Below are positions 39,126-48,029 of a DNA stretch of 63,873 bases, piece by piece. The notes beneath the pieces were generated by a model that did not search any database, had not been told where the DNA came from, and saw only the letters and a program-made list of their open reading frames with translations. Within the stretch, counting starts at the first letter, position 1. Each line of letters begins with the position of its first letter. Origin of the DNA: Candidatus Latescibacterota bacterium. Lineage in GTDB: Bacteria > Latescibacterota > UBA2968 > GCA-2709665. The stretch is taken from the NCBI GenBank assembly GCA_963662665.2, contig CAXXJS010000034.1:1-63873 (forward strand), given 5' to 3'. The position numbers and the translations under genes are program-made.

Positions 39126-39725
39126 TTGACCAGGATATTCCTGATTGCACTTGGAATGGGCGCCACGGCGGTTGTCGCCCACGCCGCCGAGCGCCAGGTA
39201 CTGGACACGAGCGAAGAGAACATGAAACAGATCGCCAGATCTCTCGGCGTACGGTGTACTCATTGCCACACTGCGCTGAGACCGGATGGAAAACCCGATT
39301 TCGAGGCGCCTTCTTTGTTCAAGCAAACAGCCGTCCATATGAAGGTTCACTTTGTGGACGGGCTGAAAACGGCGGAAGGCAAAACGCTGGACTGCATGTT
39401 CTGCCACCAGGGCAAAACCCGGTTTATACCGCGCGATCATGAAGACGCCGAGCCGTCCAATTTATCCGAGCGTTTGCCCCGGCGGGAGATTTTCCGGAAA
39501 ATGAAAGCCATTGAAAAAGCGCTTGGCGTTAACTGTGAATTCTGCCACGTAAGGCGTGAAGACGGTCGCCTTGCGCCCAAGCAGCCGACCAAATACAAGC
39601 TGATGGCCAAATTTATGATGGACCACTATGAGGGATCGTTGGTCACGTCGGGCGGGACGCCGGTCACGTGCGCGACCTGTCACGCGGGTGCGGCTGAGTT
39701 TCTGCCGCGCTCGACCGGTGAATAG
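39126..39725 (+). CDS. Secreted tetraheme c-type cytochrome (PufC-like diheme repeat x2)
   Basis: TTG 39126 after GGAGGAG; signal peptide ending AHA; CTHCH, CMFCH, CEFCH, CATCH. Confidence 0.88.
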   Translation: MTRIFLIALGMGATAVVAHAAERQVLDTSEENMKQIARSLGVRCTHCHTALRPDGKPDFEAPSLFKQTAVHMKVHFVDGLKTAEGKTLDCMFCHQGKTRFIPRDHEDAEPSNLSERLPRREIFRKMKAIEKALGVNCEFCHVRREDGRLAPKQPTKYKLMAKFMMDHYEGSLVTSGGTPVTCATCHAGAAEFLPRSTGE

Positions 39726-39749
39726 ACGCTTCAGGCGGGGCAATGAAAG

Positions 39750-39785
39750 CAGAAGGGCCGGACGGATTGCCGTCCGGCCCTTCTG
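39750..39785. terminator. Bidirectional terminator hairpin between cytochrome and nrdJ
   Basis: 16-bp perfect stem CAGAAGGGCCGGACGG-ATTG-CCGTCCGGCCCTTCTG. Confidence 0.85.
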
Positions 39786-39805
39786 TATATTGTCACACGG
39801 CCCTG

Positions 39806-42800
39806 CTATGAGCAGCCCACTGAATTCCCGCAATTCAGGCAGCGATAGCACGAACCGTTGCGAACGGTAATATGACCGCAGGTGTCGCAGAATGGAGCAT
39901 CTCCCATCATCTGCGAGAGCTGGCCGTCCAGAACCACCGTTTGAGGATGCGCGTGCGCTTCCGTACGGGATGACGAGCCATTGGACGCGGTATGCTGTGA
40001 ACCGGCGCCATTGGACACCGGATTGGCTTTCGGGGCCGGATCCGGGGGCGGAGAAGCCCCCTGCGCTTCGCCGGGGGACTCCGAATTCCGTGCAGAGAGC
40101 GAGACCATTTCGTTTTCCAGATCTTGATGATCGTTGATATCGGAAGCGATATCCTCCGGCTTAACCTGCAGGAAATCGGTCCGCCCGAGATATTCGTAGC
40201 CCAAGACACGGAAGATGTAATCGACAACGGAGGTGGCGAATTTGATATTGGGATGATCGACGGCTCCCCAGGGTTCGAAACGGGTGAACGTTAACCGGTC
40301 CACAAAATCTTCGAGAGGTACGCCATGTTGCAGGCCCCAGGAGATGGCAATGGCGAAGCAGTCCAGCATGGCCCGAAAAGACGCTCCTTCCTTGCTCATA
40401 TCGATAAAGATTTCCCCGAGGGTGCCGTCCTCATATTCACCCGTACGCAGGAAGACCTTCTGATTGGCCACCCGCGCTTCCTGCGTGAATCCGCTTCGTT
40501 TTTGCGGCAGCCGGCGCCTTGTGGGCCGGCTCGCCAGCGTGACCGGCGCCGGAGTAGACCTGCCCTGGCCGTCTTCCGGCGACTGCTCCTGCGATGCTTC
40601 GGCTTCGGCGGTTTCTGCTTCAGCGTCGGTTTTGGTTCCTGTGCTGAGCGGCTGAGACAGCTTCGAGCCGTCTCGATATATTGCCACGGCCTTCAAGCCC
40701 AGATTCCACCCCTTGACGTACAGATTTTCAATCTCCCCGGCGGTGGTTTCTCCGGGGACATTCACGGTTTTGGAAATAGCGCCACAGATGAACTTCTGTG
40801 CGGCGGACATCATACCGAGGTGCGCCATGGGTGCTATAAAGCGTTTGCCATGCCTGCCGCATTTGTTGGCGCAGTCGAATATTGACAGATGCTCGTCTTT
40901 GAGATGTGGCGCGCCCTCCACGGTCATTCGGCCGCAGATGAATTCGTTGGCTTCGTTGATTTGTGTTTCGGTAAAGCCGAGTTCGACGAGCAGACTGAAT
41001 CCGGGCGTGCTGTATTGTTCGGGGGAGAAGCCCAGTCGTTCCATCAGGCCCCTTCCCAGAGTCCATGGCGTGAAGGCAAATTCGAGCTCCAGGACGCCGG
41101 GCAGCGCGGTTTCCGCTTTTTCCAGATCCTCGGATCGGAAACCTTTCGCAGCTAAGGATCCGGCGTTGACGTGTGGTGCATCCTGCAGAGAGAGCCCGCC
41201 GCAGAGGTAGGTGAGTATTTCCGAGATTTCGCCGGGAGAATAGCCGAGGCGCTTCAGGGCCCTGGGTACGGCGTGGTTGACGATCTTAAAATAACCACCG
41301 CCTGCAAGCTTCTTGAATTTGACCAGGGCGAAGTCCGGTTCGATACCGGTAGTGTCACAGTCCATCAGAAGGCCAATGGTTCCGGTAGGCGCGATCACCG
41401 TGGCCTGTGCATTTCGATAGCCGTACATTTCGCCCAATTTAACTGCCAGATCCCAATCTTCCCGGGCGGCGCGAAGAAGGTCGGGCGGACATGAGTGAGC
41501 ATCGATATTGTGAGCGGCATCCCGGTGCATATTCATGACGTTGAGCATGGGATCACGGTTTTTCCCGAAGCCCGGAAACGGACTCATGTCGGCAGCCATC
41601 CGGGCCGACGTGACGTAGGCCTGCCCACACATAATGGCAGTGATCGCGGCGCATATTGCCCTTGCTCCGGCGCTGTCGTAGGGTAATCCCTGTACCATCA
41701 GGAGAGTACCCAGGTTGGCATAGCCGAGGCCCAGCGGGCGGTAATCATGGCTGTTCTGCGCGATCTCTCGGGTGGGATAGGATGCGAAATCGACCAGAAT
41801 TTCCTGGGCTATGAAAAAGATTCTGCATGCGTGACGGAAACCTTCGATGTCGAAGGTACCTTCGTTATTGAGGAATTTCATGAGGTTGATTGACGCGAGA
41901 TTACACGCAGTGTCGTCGAGGAACATAAACTCGGAACACGGGTTGGATCCGTAGATGCGGTCGGTGTTGGCGCAGGTGTGCCATTGATTGATGGTGGTGT
42001 CGTACTGCATCCCGGGGTCGGCGCAAGCCCACGCGGCCGCACCTATCTGGTGCAGGAGATCACGGGCTTTGTGCGTCTGGTAGACTTCGCCTGTAGTGCG
42101 CAGCCGGGTGTGCCATTCGCCGTCGTGTTCGCATGCCTGCATAAACGCGTCGGTAACGCGAACCGAGTTGTTGGAGTTCTGGCCGGAAACGGTCTGGTAG
42201 GCTTCTCCGTTGAAGTCGGAACTGTAGCCGGCGGCCATGAGCGCGGCCACCTTCTTTTCTTCCTTTACTTTCCAATTGATGAAGTCGAGTATTTCCGGGT
42301 GGTCCATGTCCAGGCTGACCATTTTGGCGGCTCGCCGCGTCGTCCCGCCGGACTTGATGGCCCCTGCGCCCTTGTCCAGGACTTCGAGAAAGGACATCAG
42401 GCCCGATGAGACGCCTCCTCCGGAGAGCTTCTCCATTTTTCCCCGGATTTTGGAGAAGTTGGTGCCGGTGCCGGATCCATATTTGAAGAGTCGAACTTCG
42501 CTCTTCAGCAATTCGAAAATGTCCATTGTGTCGTCCTGGACGGACTGGATGTAGCAGGCCGAACACTGGGGATGGGAGTACGAGTCTTCGGTCTCCGATA
42601 CACATTCCCGCCCCCAATCCCAGTGCCAGTTGCCACCGCTGCCTTGAATTCCATATTCGTGGAACAGTCCGCAGTTGAACCACACGGGCGAGTTGAAGGC
42701 GCCCATTTGATGTACGAGATGGTAGGCAAGTTCCGCTTCGAATGTGTCCGCGTCTTCGGTCGAGTCGAAGTACCCGCCCTGTTCCTCTCCCGCCTTGCGG

Positions 42801-43054
42801 ATGGTATGGGCCACCCGGTGCATCACCTGGCGTACGGAGGTCTCGTGTCCGGTTTCGGGTACGCCTCGTTTTCTGAAATATTTGGACACGACGATATCCG
42901 TAGCCAGTTGAGACCATTCCGCCGGGACTTCCGCGTGGTCCATGCGAAAGACTTCTGACCCGTCGGGATTGGTGATAACGGATGTTTTCCTGACGTATTC
43001 AACCTGGTCCAACGGATTTTGGCCGGGTGTGGTGTACCTGCGTTCAAGCTTCAT
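39806..43054 (-). CDS. nrdJ: Class II (adenosylcobalamin-dependent) ribonucleotide reductase
   Basis: FNSPVWFN, QCSACYI, KSGGTTRRAAKM, SNPCSEF, CNLASINL, IAPTGTIG, AIYRDGSK, TSCPD-like domain and terminal CDTCG...CLNCG...GCS. Confidence 0.97.
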   Translation of the reverse strand: MKLERRYTTPGQNPLDQVEYVRKTSVITNPDGSEVFRMDHAEVPAEWSQLATDIVVSKYFRKRGVPETGHETSVRQVMHRVAHTIRKAGEEQGGYFDSTEDADTFEAELAYHLVHQMGAFNSPVWFNCGLFHEYGIQGSGGNWHWDWGRECVSETEDSYSHPQCSACYIQSVQDDTMDIFELLKSEVRLFKYGSGTGTNFSKIRGKMEKLSGGGVSSGLMSFLEVLDKGAGAIKSGGTTRRAAKMVSLDMDHPEILDFINWKVKEEKKVAALMAAGYSSDFNGEAYQTVSGQNSNNSVRVTDAFMQACEHDGEWHTRLRTTGEVYQTHKARDLLHQIGAAAWACADPGMQYDTTINQWHTCANTDRIYGSNPCSEFMFLDDTACNLASINLMKFLNNEGTFDIEGFRHACRIFFIAQEILVDFASYPTREIAQNSHDYRPLGLGYANLGTLLMVQGLPYDSAGARAICAAITAIMCGQAYVTSARMAADMSPFPGFGKNRDPMLNVMNMHRDAAHNIDAHSCPPDLLRAAREDWDLAVKLGEMYGYRNAQATVIAPTGTIGLLMDCDTTGIEPDFALVKFKKLAGGGYFKIVNHAVPRALKRLGYSPGEISEILTYLCGGLSLQDAPHVNAGSLAAKGFRSEDLEKAETALPGVLELEFAFTPWTLGRGLMERLGFSPEQYSTPGFSLLVELGFTETQINEANEFICGRMTVEGAPHLKDEHLSIFDCANKCGRHGKRFIAPMAHLGMMSAAQKFICGAISKTVNVPGETTAGEIENLYVKGWNLGLKAVAIYRDGSKLSQPLSTGTKTDAEAETAEAEASQEQSPEDGQGRSTPAPVTLASRPTRRRLPQKRSGFTQEARVANQKVFLRTGEYEDGTLGEIFIDMSKEGASFRAMLDCFAIAISWGLQHGVPLEDFVDRLTFTRFEPWGAVDHPNIKFATSVVDYIFRVLGYEYLGRTDFLQVKPEDIASDINDHQDLENEMVSLSARNSESPGEAQGASPPPDPAPKANPVSNGAGSQHTASNGSSSRTEAHAHPQTVVLDGQLSQMMGDAPFCDTCGHITVRNGSCYRCLNCGNSVGCS

Positions 43055-43228
43055 CGGGAACTTCCTCCGGATTTCTGCAATGTGTCTGAAATGACAAGAC
43101 GATAGGAAACCTGTCTGAATGAATTAAAGTGCCGTTTCGGGCCGTATTTTTCCTTCGCGGCCGATACACGAATGTTTTGTCCAGGAAATAGATCGCCGAA
43201 ATTCGACCGACGAGTCGCCGCCTCGCAT

Positions 43229-43247
43229 CCCTTCGACAAGCTCAGGG
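43229..43247 (+). repeat. REP-like CCCTTCGACAAGCTCAGGG element, single copy
   Basis: Motif recalled as a widespread intergenic palindromic repeat; a nearby hairpin GACCT-CGGCA-AGGTC lies at 43283-43297. Confidence 0.45.
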
Positions 43248-43456
43248 CAGCGCCATCGAAAAACCAGGGAGCCGGCGTCATCGACCTCGGCAAGGTCGGA
43301 CCAGTGTGACGAAACGGGATAAACCGGCGGAAGAATGGTGACATCGTACGGGGACGGCACACCAGATACCGCCGGCTGAAAATTCGAATGTTGAAGACGC
43401 ATCTGAAGGGGAATGGCGCGTCCGGGTGACTGCGGTTATTGGGGAGGATATCTGGT

Positions 43457-43921
43457 TCAGTCGCCTGCTTGAGGGGAAGCCAGGTGCCGGAGTTCCTTTT
43501 CAAAGTCGCTCAGGTCCTTAAACTGTCTGTAGACAGAGGCGAATCGGACGTAAGCGACCTGGTCGAGGTCTTTTAACTCGTTAATAACCAGTTCGCCGAT
43601 GTCGTTGGCCTCAACCTCCCGTTCGCCGGTTCCGCTCAGACTCGCTTCAATCCGGTCTGCGATCTCTTCGAGCCGGTCCATTGAGATGGGGCGTTTGTTG
43701 CAGGCGAGATGCAACTTGGAAAACAGCTTGTTTTTGTCGAAAGGTTCACGTCGCCCATCGGATTTAACGACCATAAGCGGTGCGTCTTCGATGGATTCGT
43801 AGGTTGTAAACCGCCGACTGCAACTCAGACATTCCCGGCGTCTGCGGATGGCCGTTGCCTCCTTGCTGGATCTGGTGTCTACGACCTTGTCCTCCACTGT
43901 GCCACAGTAGGGACACCTCAT
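43457..43921 (-). CDS. nrdR: Transcriptional repressor NrdR
   Basis: MRCPYCG...KVVDTR...IRRRRECLSCSRRFTTYE, ATP cone, LDQVAYVRFASVYRQF. Confidence 0.98.
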   Translation of the reverse strand: MRCPYCGTVEDKVVDTRSSKEATAIRRRRECLSCSRRFTTYESIEDAPLMVVKSDGRREPFDKNKLFSKLHLACNKRPISMDRLEEIADRIEASLSGTGEREVEANDIGELVINELKDLDQVAYVRFASVYRQFKDLSDFEKELRHLASPQAGD

Positions 43922-43985
43922 GTGAGTTCTCCCGACAGCCTCCGGAGAGCGGGGATAAGGACAGATATAGGGTCCTCGTGTTGAA

Positions 43986-44038
43986 GGACCCTATATTGTG
44001 GGGTAATGTTATTATAATACAAAATATTGAGTTGTCAA
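43986..44038 (-). promoter_or_regulatory. nrdR-nrdJ promoter with tandem NrdR boxes
   Basis: TTGACA (44038-44033), 16 nt spacer, TATAAT (44016-44011). Boxes ACTCAATATTTTGTAT (44017-44032) and CCACAATATAGGGTCC (43986-44001) are 31 bp apart. Confidence 0.8.
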
Positions 44039-44146
44039 GTGAAAATATGCGGTTTGTGGTTAATTGTACACCTGGCTTCCATAGCCTGAGTTTCTAGTCT
44101 GAAACGGGCACTTCGACCCTACGCGGTGCGGCTGCCGACTGACGAG

Positions 44147-46552
44147 TTAAGGCAAAGACGCGTTGAGACTTTGATCCCTGAACGTCAGCCTCGTGGCTGA
44201 TACGGCCGAGTGCGAAAGATAGGTGCCGTCGGATCCCGTTCTGACGACCGCGCAAATCGCATCCGTGCCGACGTCGTCCGCCCCGAACTTCCGGTAGGCT
44301 CCGTCGGAGATGACGATGTGGTCCGTAATGTCGCCATGATCCACCACCAGGTAGGCCGTGCCGGCCGGCCCTTCGCTTTCTCCACGGCGAATCCGCGCTT
44401 TGGGAAGCGGCATGCTCCGGGAGGGATAAAGCAACACCGCGAGGTCGTCCACAAGGCCGTCGCCCGAAGTCGTCAGGTCCAGGGAAGCCCATCGGATGAG
44501 TTGCCGGGCGGGCCGATGGCCCGGGATGCCCCCGAGATGTGCCATTCCCGTGCCGAGCCGAATGGCCGGGCTATCGGGCGTGCCCACGAGCAGGCCAGGC
44601 GCCTCGGTGGAAAATACGGCGGTTCCGCCTCGCTGCAGCGGCGTGGGGGAATGCAACATGAACGACGCCTTTCTGCCACCGGTGGCGGAGGAGAATGCGT
44701 CAAATATAACGAAATAGGGATTGCTCTCCGGAGTGGGTTCCAACGGTTTAACAAACAGAAAATGCCGGCGATGGAAGACGCCCCGTGATTGGTAGCCTTC
44801 GTGCTGAGCGGAAAAGTAGTCGAGCCCGGCCTGGCTGCTCCATACCGGCTTCTGACCTACGGCAATCCTGCGGTCGAGGTTCGCGTCGTCTATCACCAGC
44901 ATATTGTGCGCCCTGGACGTCTTGTACCACGGTCCGTGGAGCGGGTCGTCGTAACTGACGCCGATGCCTGCGTCGACGGCCAGCGCATTCCCGTAGGCGA
45001 AGAGTTCGAAACTGAGGATATCGGGGTGTGAATGGCCTCCGCCATACTCCCCGTAGTTGATGACCATAAAGGGACTCTCGCGGGTCCAGTCCCCGCGCAT
45101 TACGGCGAAACCCGACGGTCTGAAATCGATTGACGTCCCGGCCGGCGGTTCCACTACGTCGTCGACGTCGGCGCCGAGCAGGTTCCTTGCCACCCAGAGC
45201 ATGTCCGGTCGATTGAAGGCGCGTCCGCCATCGATGAAAATATCGCGGTTGAAACGGCCGCGTCCGCCGTCGTTAACCGCAGGTTGTGTGCCCAGCGGAC
45301 TGATCAGGTACATCCAGTGGTTCAACGTGCGCTCGAGTGGGGGGCGAAGGGCGGCCGCGCGGTCTTTGTTGTCGCCGAATCGCTCGAGAAGAAAGGCCAG
45401 ATTCCTGGGATCGCGATATACGATGGTCGAGTAGCTGGACGGGCAGCGCTCCGAGTGGCAGCCGTCTTCATAAAAGTCTTTCTGAAGATGTTCTTCAATC
45501 CGGTAAACGCCCAGTGAGACCCACCGTTCCGCCTCCTTCATCTCAGGCAGGTTGATGCCCAGTTCGGCCAGGGCGTAGGAACCCATCACCTGCCAGTTGC
45601 CCGACCGGTACCCCTGTTTTTCCAGCTCGTACAGCCAGCGCGCGGAACCCAGGAAGTTTTTGAGCATCCGCTCGTGAGTCTGTACCGAAAGCCGGCCGCG
45701 GTTCAGCTTGTAGAATTCCAGGAAGACTCGGTTCCTGCGCGACCCGAGCCCGAGTTCATACCAGATCGGATCCAGGTGCGTGTAAGCGCCCACGACGTCG
45801 TCCCGCTGTTCGTACCACTGGTTGAAGAGTTCGTCGAAGGCGTCCAGATACTTCGTGTCTCGTGTGCCCATATACGCCCAGAGAAGAGGCCCTGACCAAC
45901 CCCAGTAGTGAAATCCGTATTTGCCGCTTCTACCGTAATCCGCATTGAAATCCACAACCGGGCCGTGCTGGATGTTGACCCCGCCCCAGCCGGTGATGTT
46001 GTGTGCGACCACGCGTTCCGCAGCCGCCGTATAGTCTCTGCTGCCGAAGTATTCGTATGCCTGATCGATCGTGCGGTAGGGGATGCCGACGTTGATATAG
46101 TCGAATCCCGTTTGGGCGTCCCGGTAAGTGCCCCACGCTTTGTAGGCTGCGGCGTAGTCCCCCCTGTCGACGGCGCGCTTCACGTCCTCGAGCCCGGCGC
46201 GGCCAAGGTCCATCGCGGCGAAAAGATCGGGATCGCTGATATGCTTGATCTGCTGGTCCAGGTAGACTGGATCTTCGCGGAGGTCCGTACTCGCCTCACC
46301 GAAAGCGGTTGCAAACAGAATGAAGTCACTGAAACCGACCCGTCCGTCCAGGTCCATATCGAAACGGTCGTCGAATGTGTCGTCGGTCCGGGAGGTTCCG
46401 AAGTTCCGTGCAAAGGCGACAAAGTCTTCGAAGCCAACGTGGCCGTCGCCGGTGAAGTCCCCCGGCACGCCGCACCAGGCGGCGGAAAACGCCAGAATGA
46501 CGACCAGAAACGACCCAAAGTACTTCCTGATCAGGACTCGAGGGGAAATCAT
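44147..46552 (-). CDS. Heparinase II/III-family polysaccharide lyase with N-terminal dockerin/EF-hand duplicate
   Basis: Start MISPRV at 46552 (GGAG RBS); signal-like segment; GDFTGDGHVGFEDF and DMDLDGRVGFSDF; GNWQV, DGCHSERCPSSY, GHSHPDILSFEL, AVDAG, AHNMLVID. Confidence 0.85.
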   Translation of the reverse strand: MISPRVLIRKYFGSFLVVILAFSAAWCGVPGDFTGDGHVGFEDFVAFARNFGTSRTDDTFDDRFDMDLDGRVGFSDFILFATAFGEASTDLREDPVYLDQQIKHISDPDLFAAMDLGRAGLEDVKRAVDRGDYAAAYKAWGTYRDAQTGFDYINVGIPYRTIDQAYEYFGSRDYTAAAERVVAHNITGWGGVNIQHGPVVDFNADYGRSGKYGFHYWGWSGPLLWAYMGTRDTKYLDAFDELFNQWYEQRDDVVGAYTHLDPIWYELGLGSRRNRVFLEFYKLNRGRLSVQTHERMLKNFLGSARWLYELEKQGYRSGNWQVMGSYALAELGINLPEMKEAERWVSLGVYRIEEHLQKDFYEDGCHSERCPSSYSTIVYRDPRNLAFLLERFGDNKDRAAALRPPLERTLNHWMYLISPLGTQPAVNDGGRGRFNRDIFIDGGRAFNRPDMLWVARNLLGADVDDVVEPPAGTSIDFRPSGFAVMRGDWTRESPFMVINYGEYGGGHSHPDILSFELFAYGNALAVDAGIGVSYDDPLHGPWYKTSRAHNMLVIDDANLDRRIAVGQKPVWSSQAGLDYFSAQHEGYQSRGVFHRRHFLFVKPLEPTPESNPYFVIFDAFSSATGGRKASFMLHSPTPLQRGGTAVFSTEAPGLLVGTPDSPAIRLGTGMAHLGGIPGHRPARQLIRWASLDLTTSGDGLVDDLAVLLYPSRSMPLPKARIRRGESEGPAGTAYLVVDHGDITDHIVISDGAYRKFGADDVGTDAICAVVRTGSDGTYLSHSAVSATRLTFRDQSLNASLP

Positions 46553-46631
46553 GTACTCCACACAAGAGAGAAGAGGGATTGTAAGACTCTCCAACGTCCG
46601 AAGCTGGACAGGGGAGTGTACGTGGTCCCCG

Positions 46632-47864
46632 TCAAGTCGACCGGGCGGCTTCCCTGTCGAATACCGCGTTCCAATCCGCGCGTCCGGTGAACTGCATTGC
46701 CGCGAACAGGGTAGCGATGCACAACATGGTAATGGCCAGGCCGGTATAGCCGGAAAAGAAAAACGTGTAGGAGAAAAGCACCAGGTAGATGAACTGCCCG
46801 GCGCCGATTTCGACGAAGGCCAGGCGCGTGCCCACGACCAGGCGCATGTACGATGTAACGAGGAATATTGAGACCGCGGAGGCGAAGGCAAAGGCGTAGT
46901 GGATAAGCATGTGGTCAACGAGGTAGGCCAGCAGCAGGTGGAAGCTGAAGTAGGCGGCTCCGATGAAGAAGTAGTGCATCGGGTGCAGGTCGATGTGGCG
47001 CACGGTGGTGAAAATGAAGAGCAGGAAGAAGAACAGAAAAAGCGATATGGGGGCGGCGAATACGACCTGCCTGACCCAGGGACCGGGGTTGAGGCGGCCA
47101 GGCATGATCATCCCCAGATCCACACCTGTAAGGAGATGTTCGTATCGCCACTTCAACGTCCAGGCGTCACCCGTCCGGGTCTTGGAAGTGGGGGATACGC
47201 TGTCGGAGGGAAAGTCGATCGCGGCGAAGTCTGTTTGTATCACCAGTTCGAAGTCCGTCACCTGGTTGACATCTTCTCCAAAACTGTATCGCCACTGTTC
47301 CAGGCCACGGGAGCGATAGGACACGTGGACGGGAAGCGCCTGGCCGGGCGCGAGATCGATCGGATGGACCAGATGGCCGGCGCGGATAGGGACGTCCGCG
47401 ATGCGCAGGCTGTCAACACTCAGGGCGAAATCATCGTACACTGCGCGATGGGCCGGCAGTCCCAGATCAAAGTACAGGGTCAGGTACTCGCCGGTAGGGT
47501 TGGACACGGTATATGAAGCGGCAAACCGGACATGGTAAGTGGAATACCACAGCAGGCCCTTGCGGCGGTGCTCGAGAAACAGGTCGACGTCGATTCGGCT
47601 GGACTTGAGGCTCAGGAAGCGTTTTTCGTCTACAGATCGGGAAATCGACTCACCCTGAGCGCCGGTTTCAATTCGCGTAACGCGATTCAAACGGTAGATC
47701 TGAGGGGCCCGCTGTGTCTGGGCCGTACCCCAGAGTTGCCCCACGGCGTCTTTGAGCTTGTCGTCCTGTTCCAGCGTGCGCAGGTGGATGGTCTGCCCCA
47801 GAATGAGCCAGGCGACCGATATGCACGAGTAGATCAAGCCGATGGCGATGATGCGTTGGACCAT
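46632..47864 (-). CDS. CreD-like inner membrane protein
   Basis: N-terminal TM, soluble domain (RRKGLLWYSTY), six C-terminal TMs with LHPMHYFFIGAAYFSFHLLLAYL. Confidence 0.75.
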   Translation of the reverse strand: MVQRIIAIGLIYSCISVAWLILGQTIHLRTLEQDDKLKDAVGQLWGTAQTQRAPQIYRLNRVTRIETGAQGESISRSVDEKRFLSLKSSRIDVDLFLEHRRKGLLWYSTYHVRFAASYTVSNPTGEYLTLYFDLGLPAHRAVYDDFALSVDSLRIADVPIRAGHLVHPIDLAPGQALPVHVSYRSRGLEQWRYSFGEDVNQVTDFELVIQTDFAAIDFPSDSVSPTSKTRTGDAWTLKWRYEHLLTGVDLGMIMPGRLNPGPWVRQVVFAAPISLFLFFFLLFIFTTVRHIDLHPMHYFFIGAAYFSFHLLLAYLVDHMLIHYAFAFASAVSIFLVTSYMRLVVGTRLAFVEIGAGQFIYLVLFSYTFFFSGYTGLAITMLCIATLFAAMQFTGRADWNAVFDREAARST

Positions 47865-48029
47865 TGAAATTCCGGGGTTTCGAGACGGCTGGGTACCTTA
47901 ATTTGAACGCATCGTCTGAAACGGGGTTCCATCGACACCTGCAGTGTTCTTGCGGCCGGCCATTATGTCACTATTGGTACATGCACAAGTTCAGTATCGT
48001 CGCCACGCGCCGATACTGCGTGTCCATCG

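Noticed and set aside
46553-46918. N-terminal extension of the heparinase ORF
   Set aside because: It overlaps the CreD-like gene in another frame; the RBS and signal peptide point to 46552.
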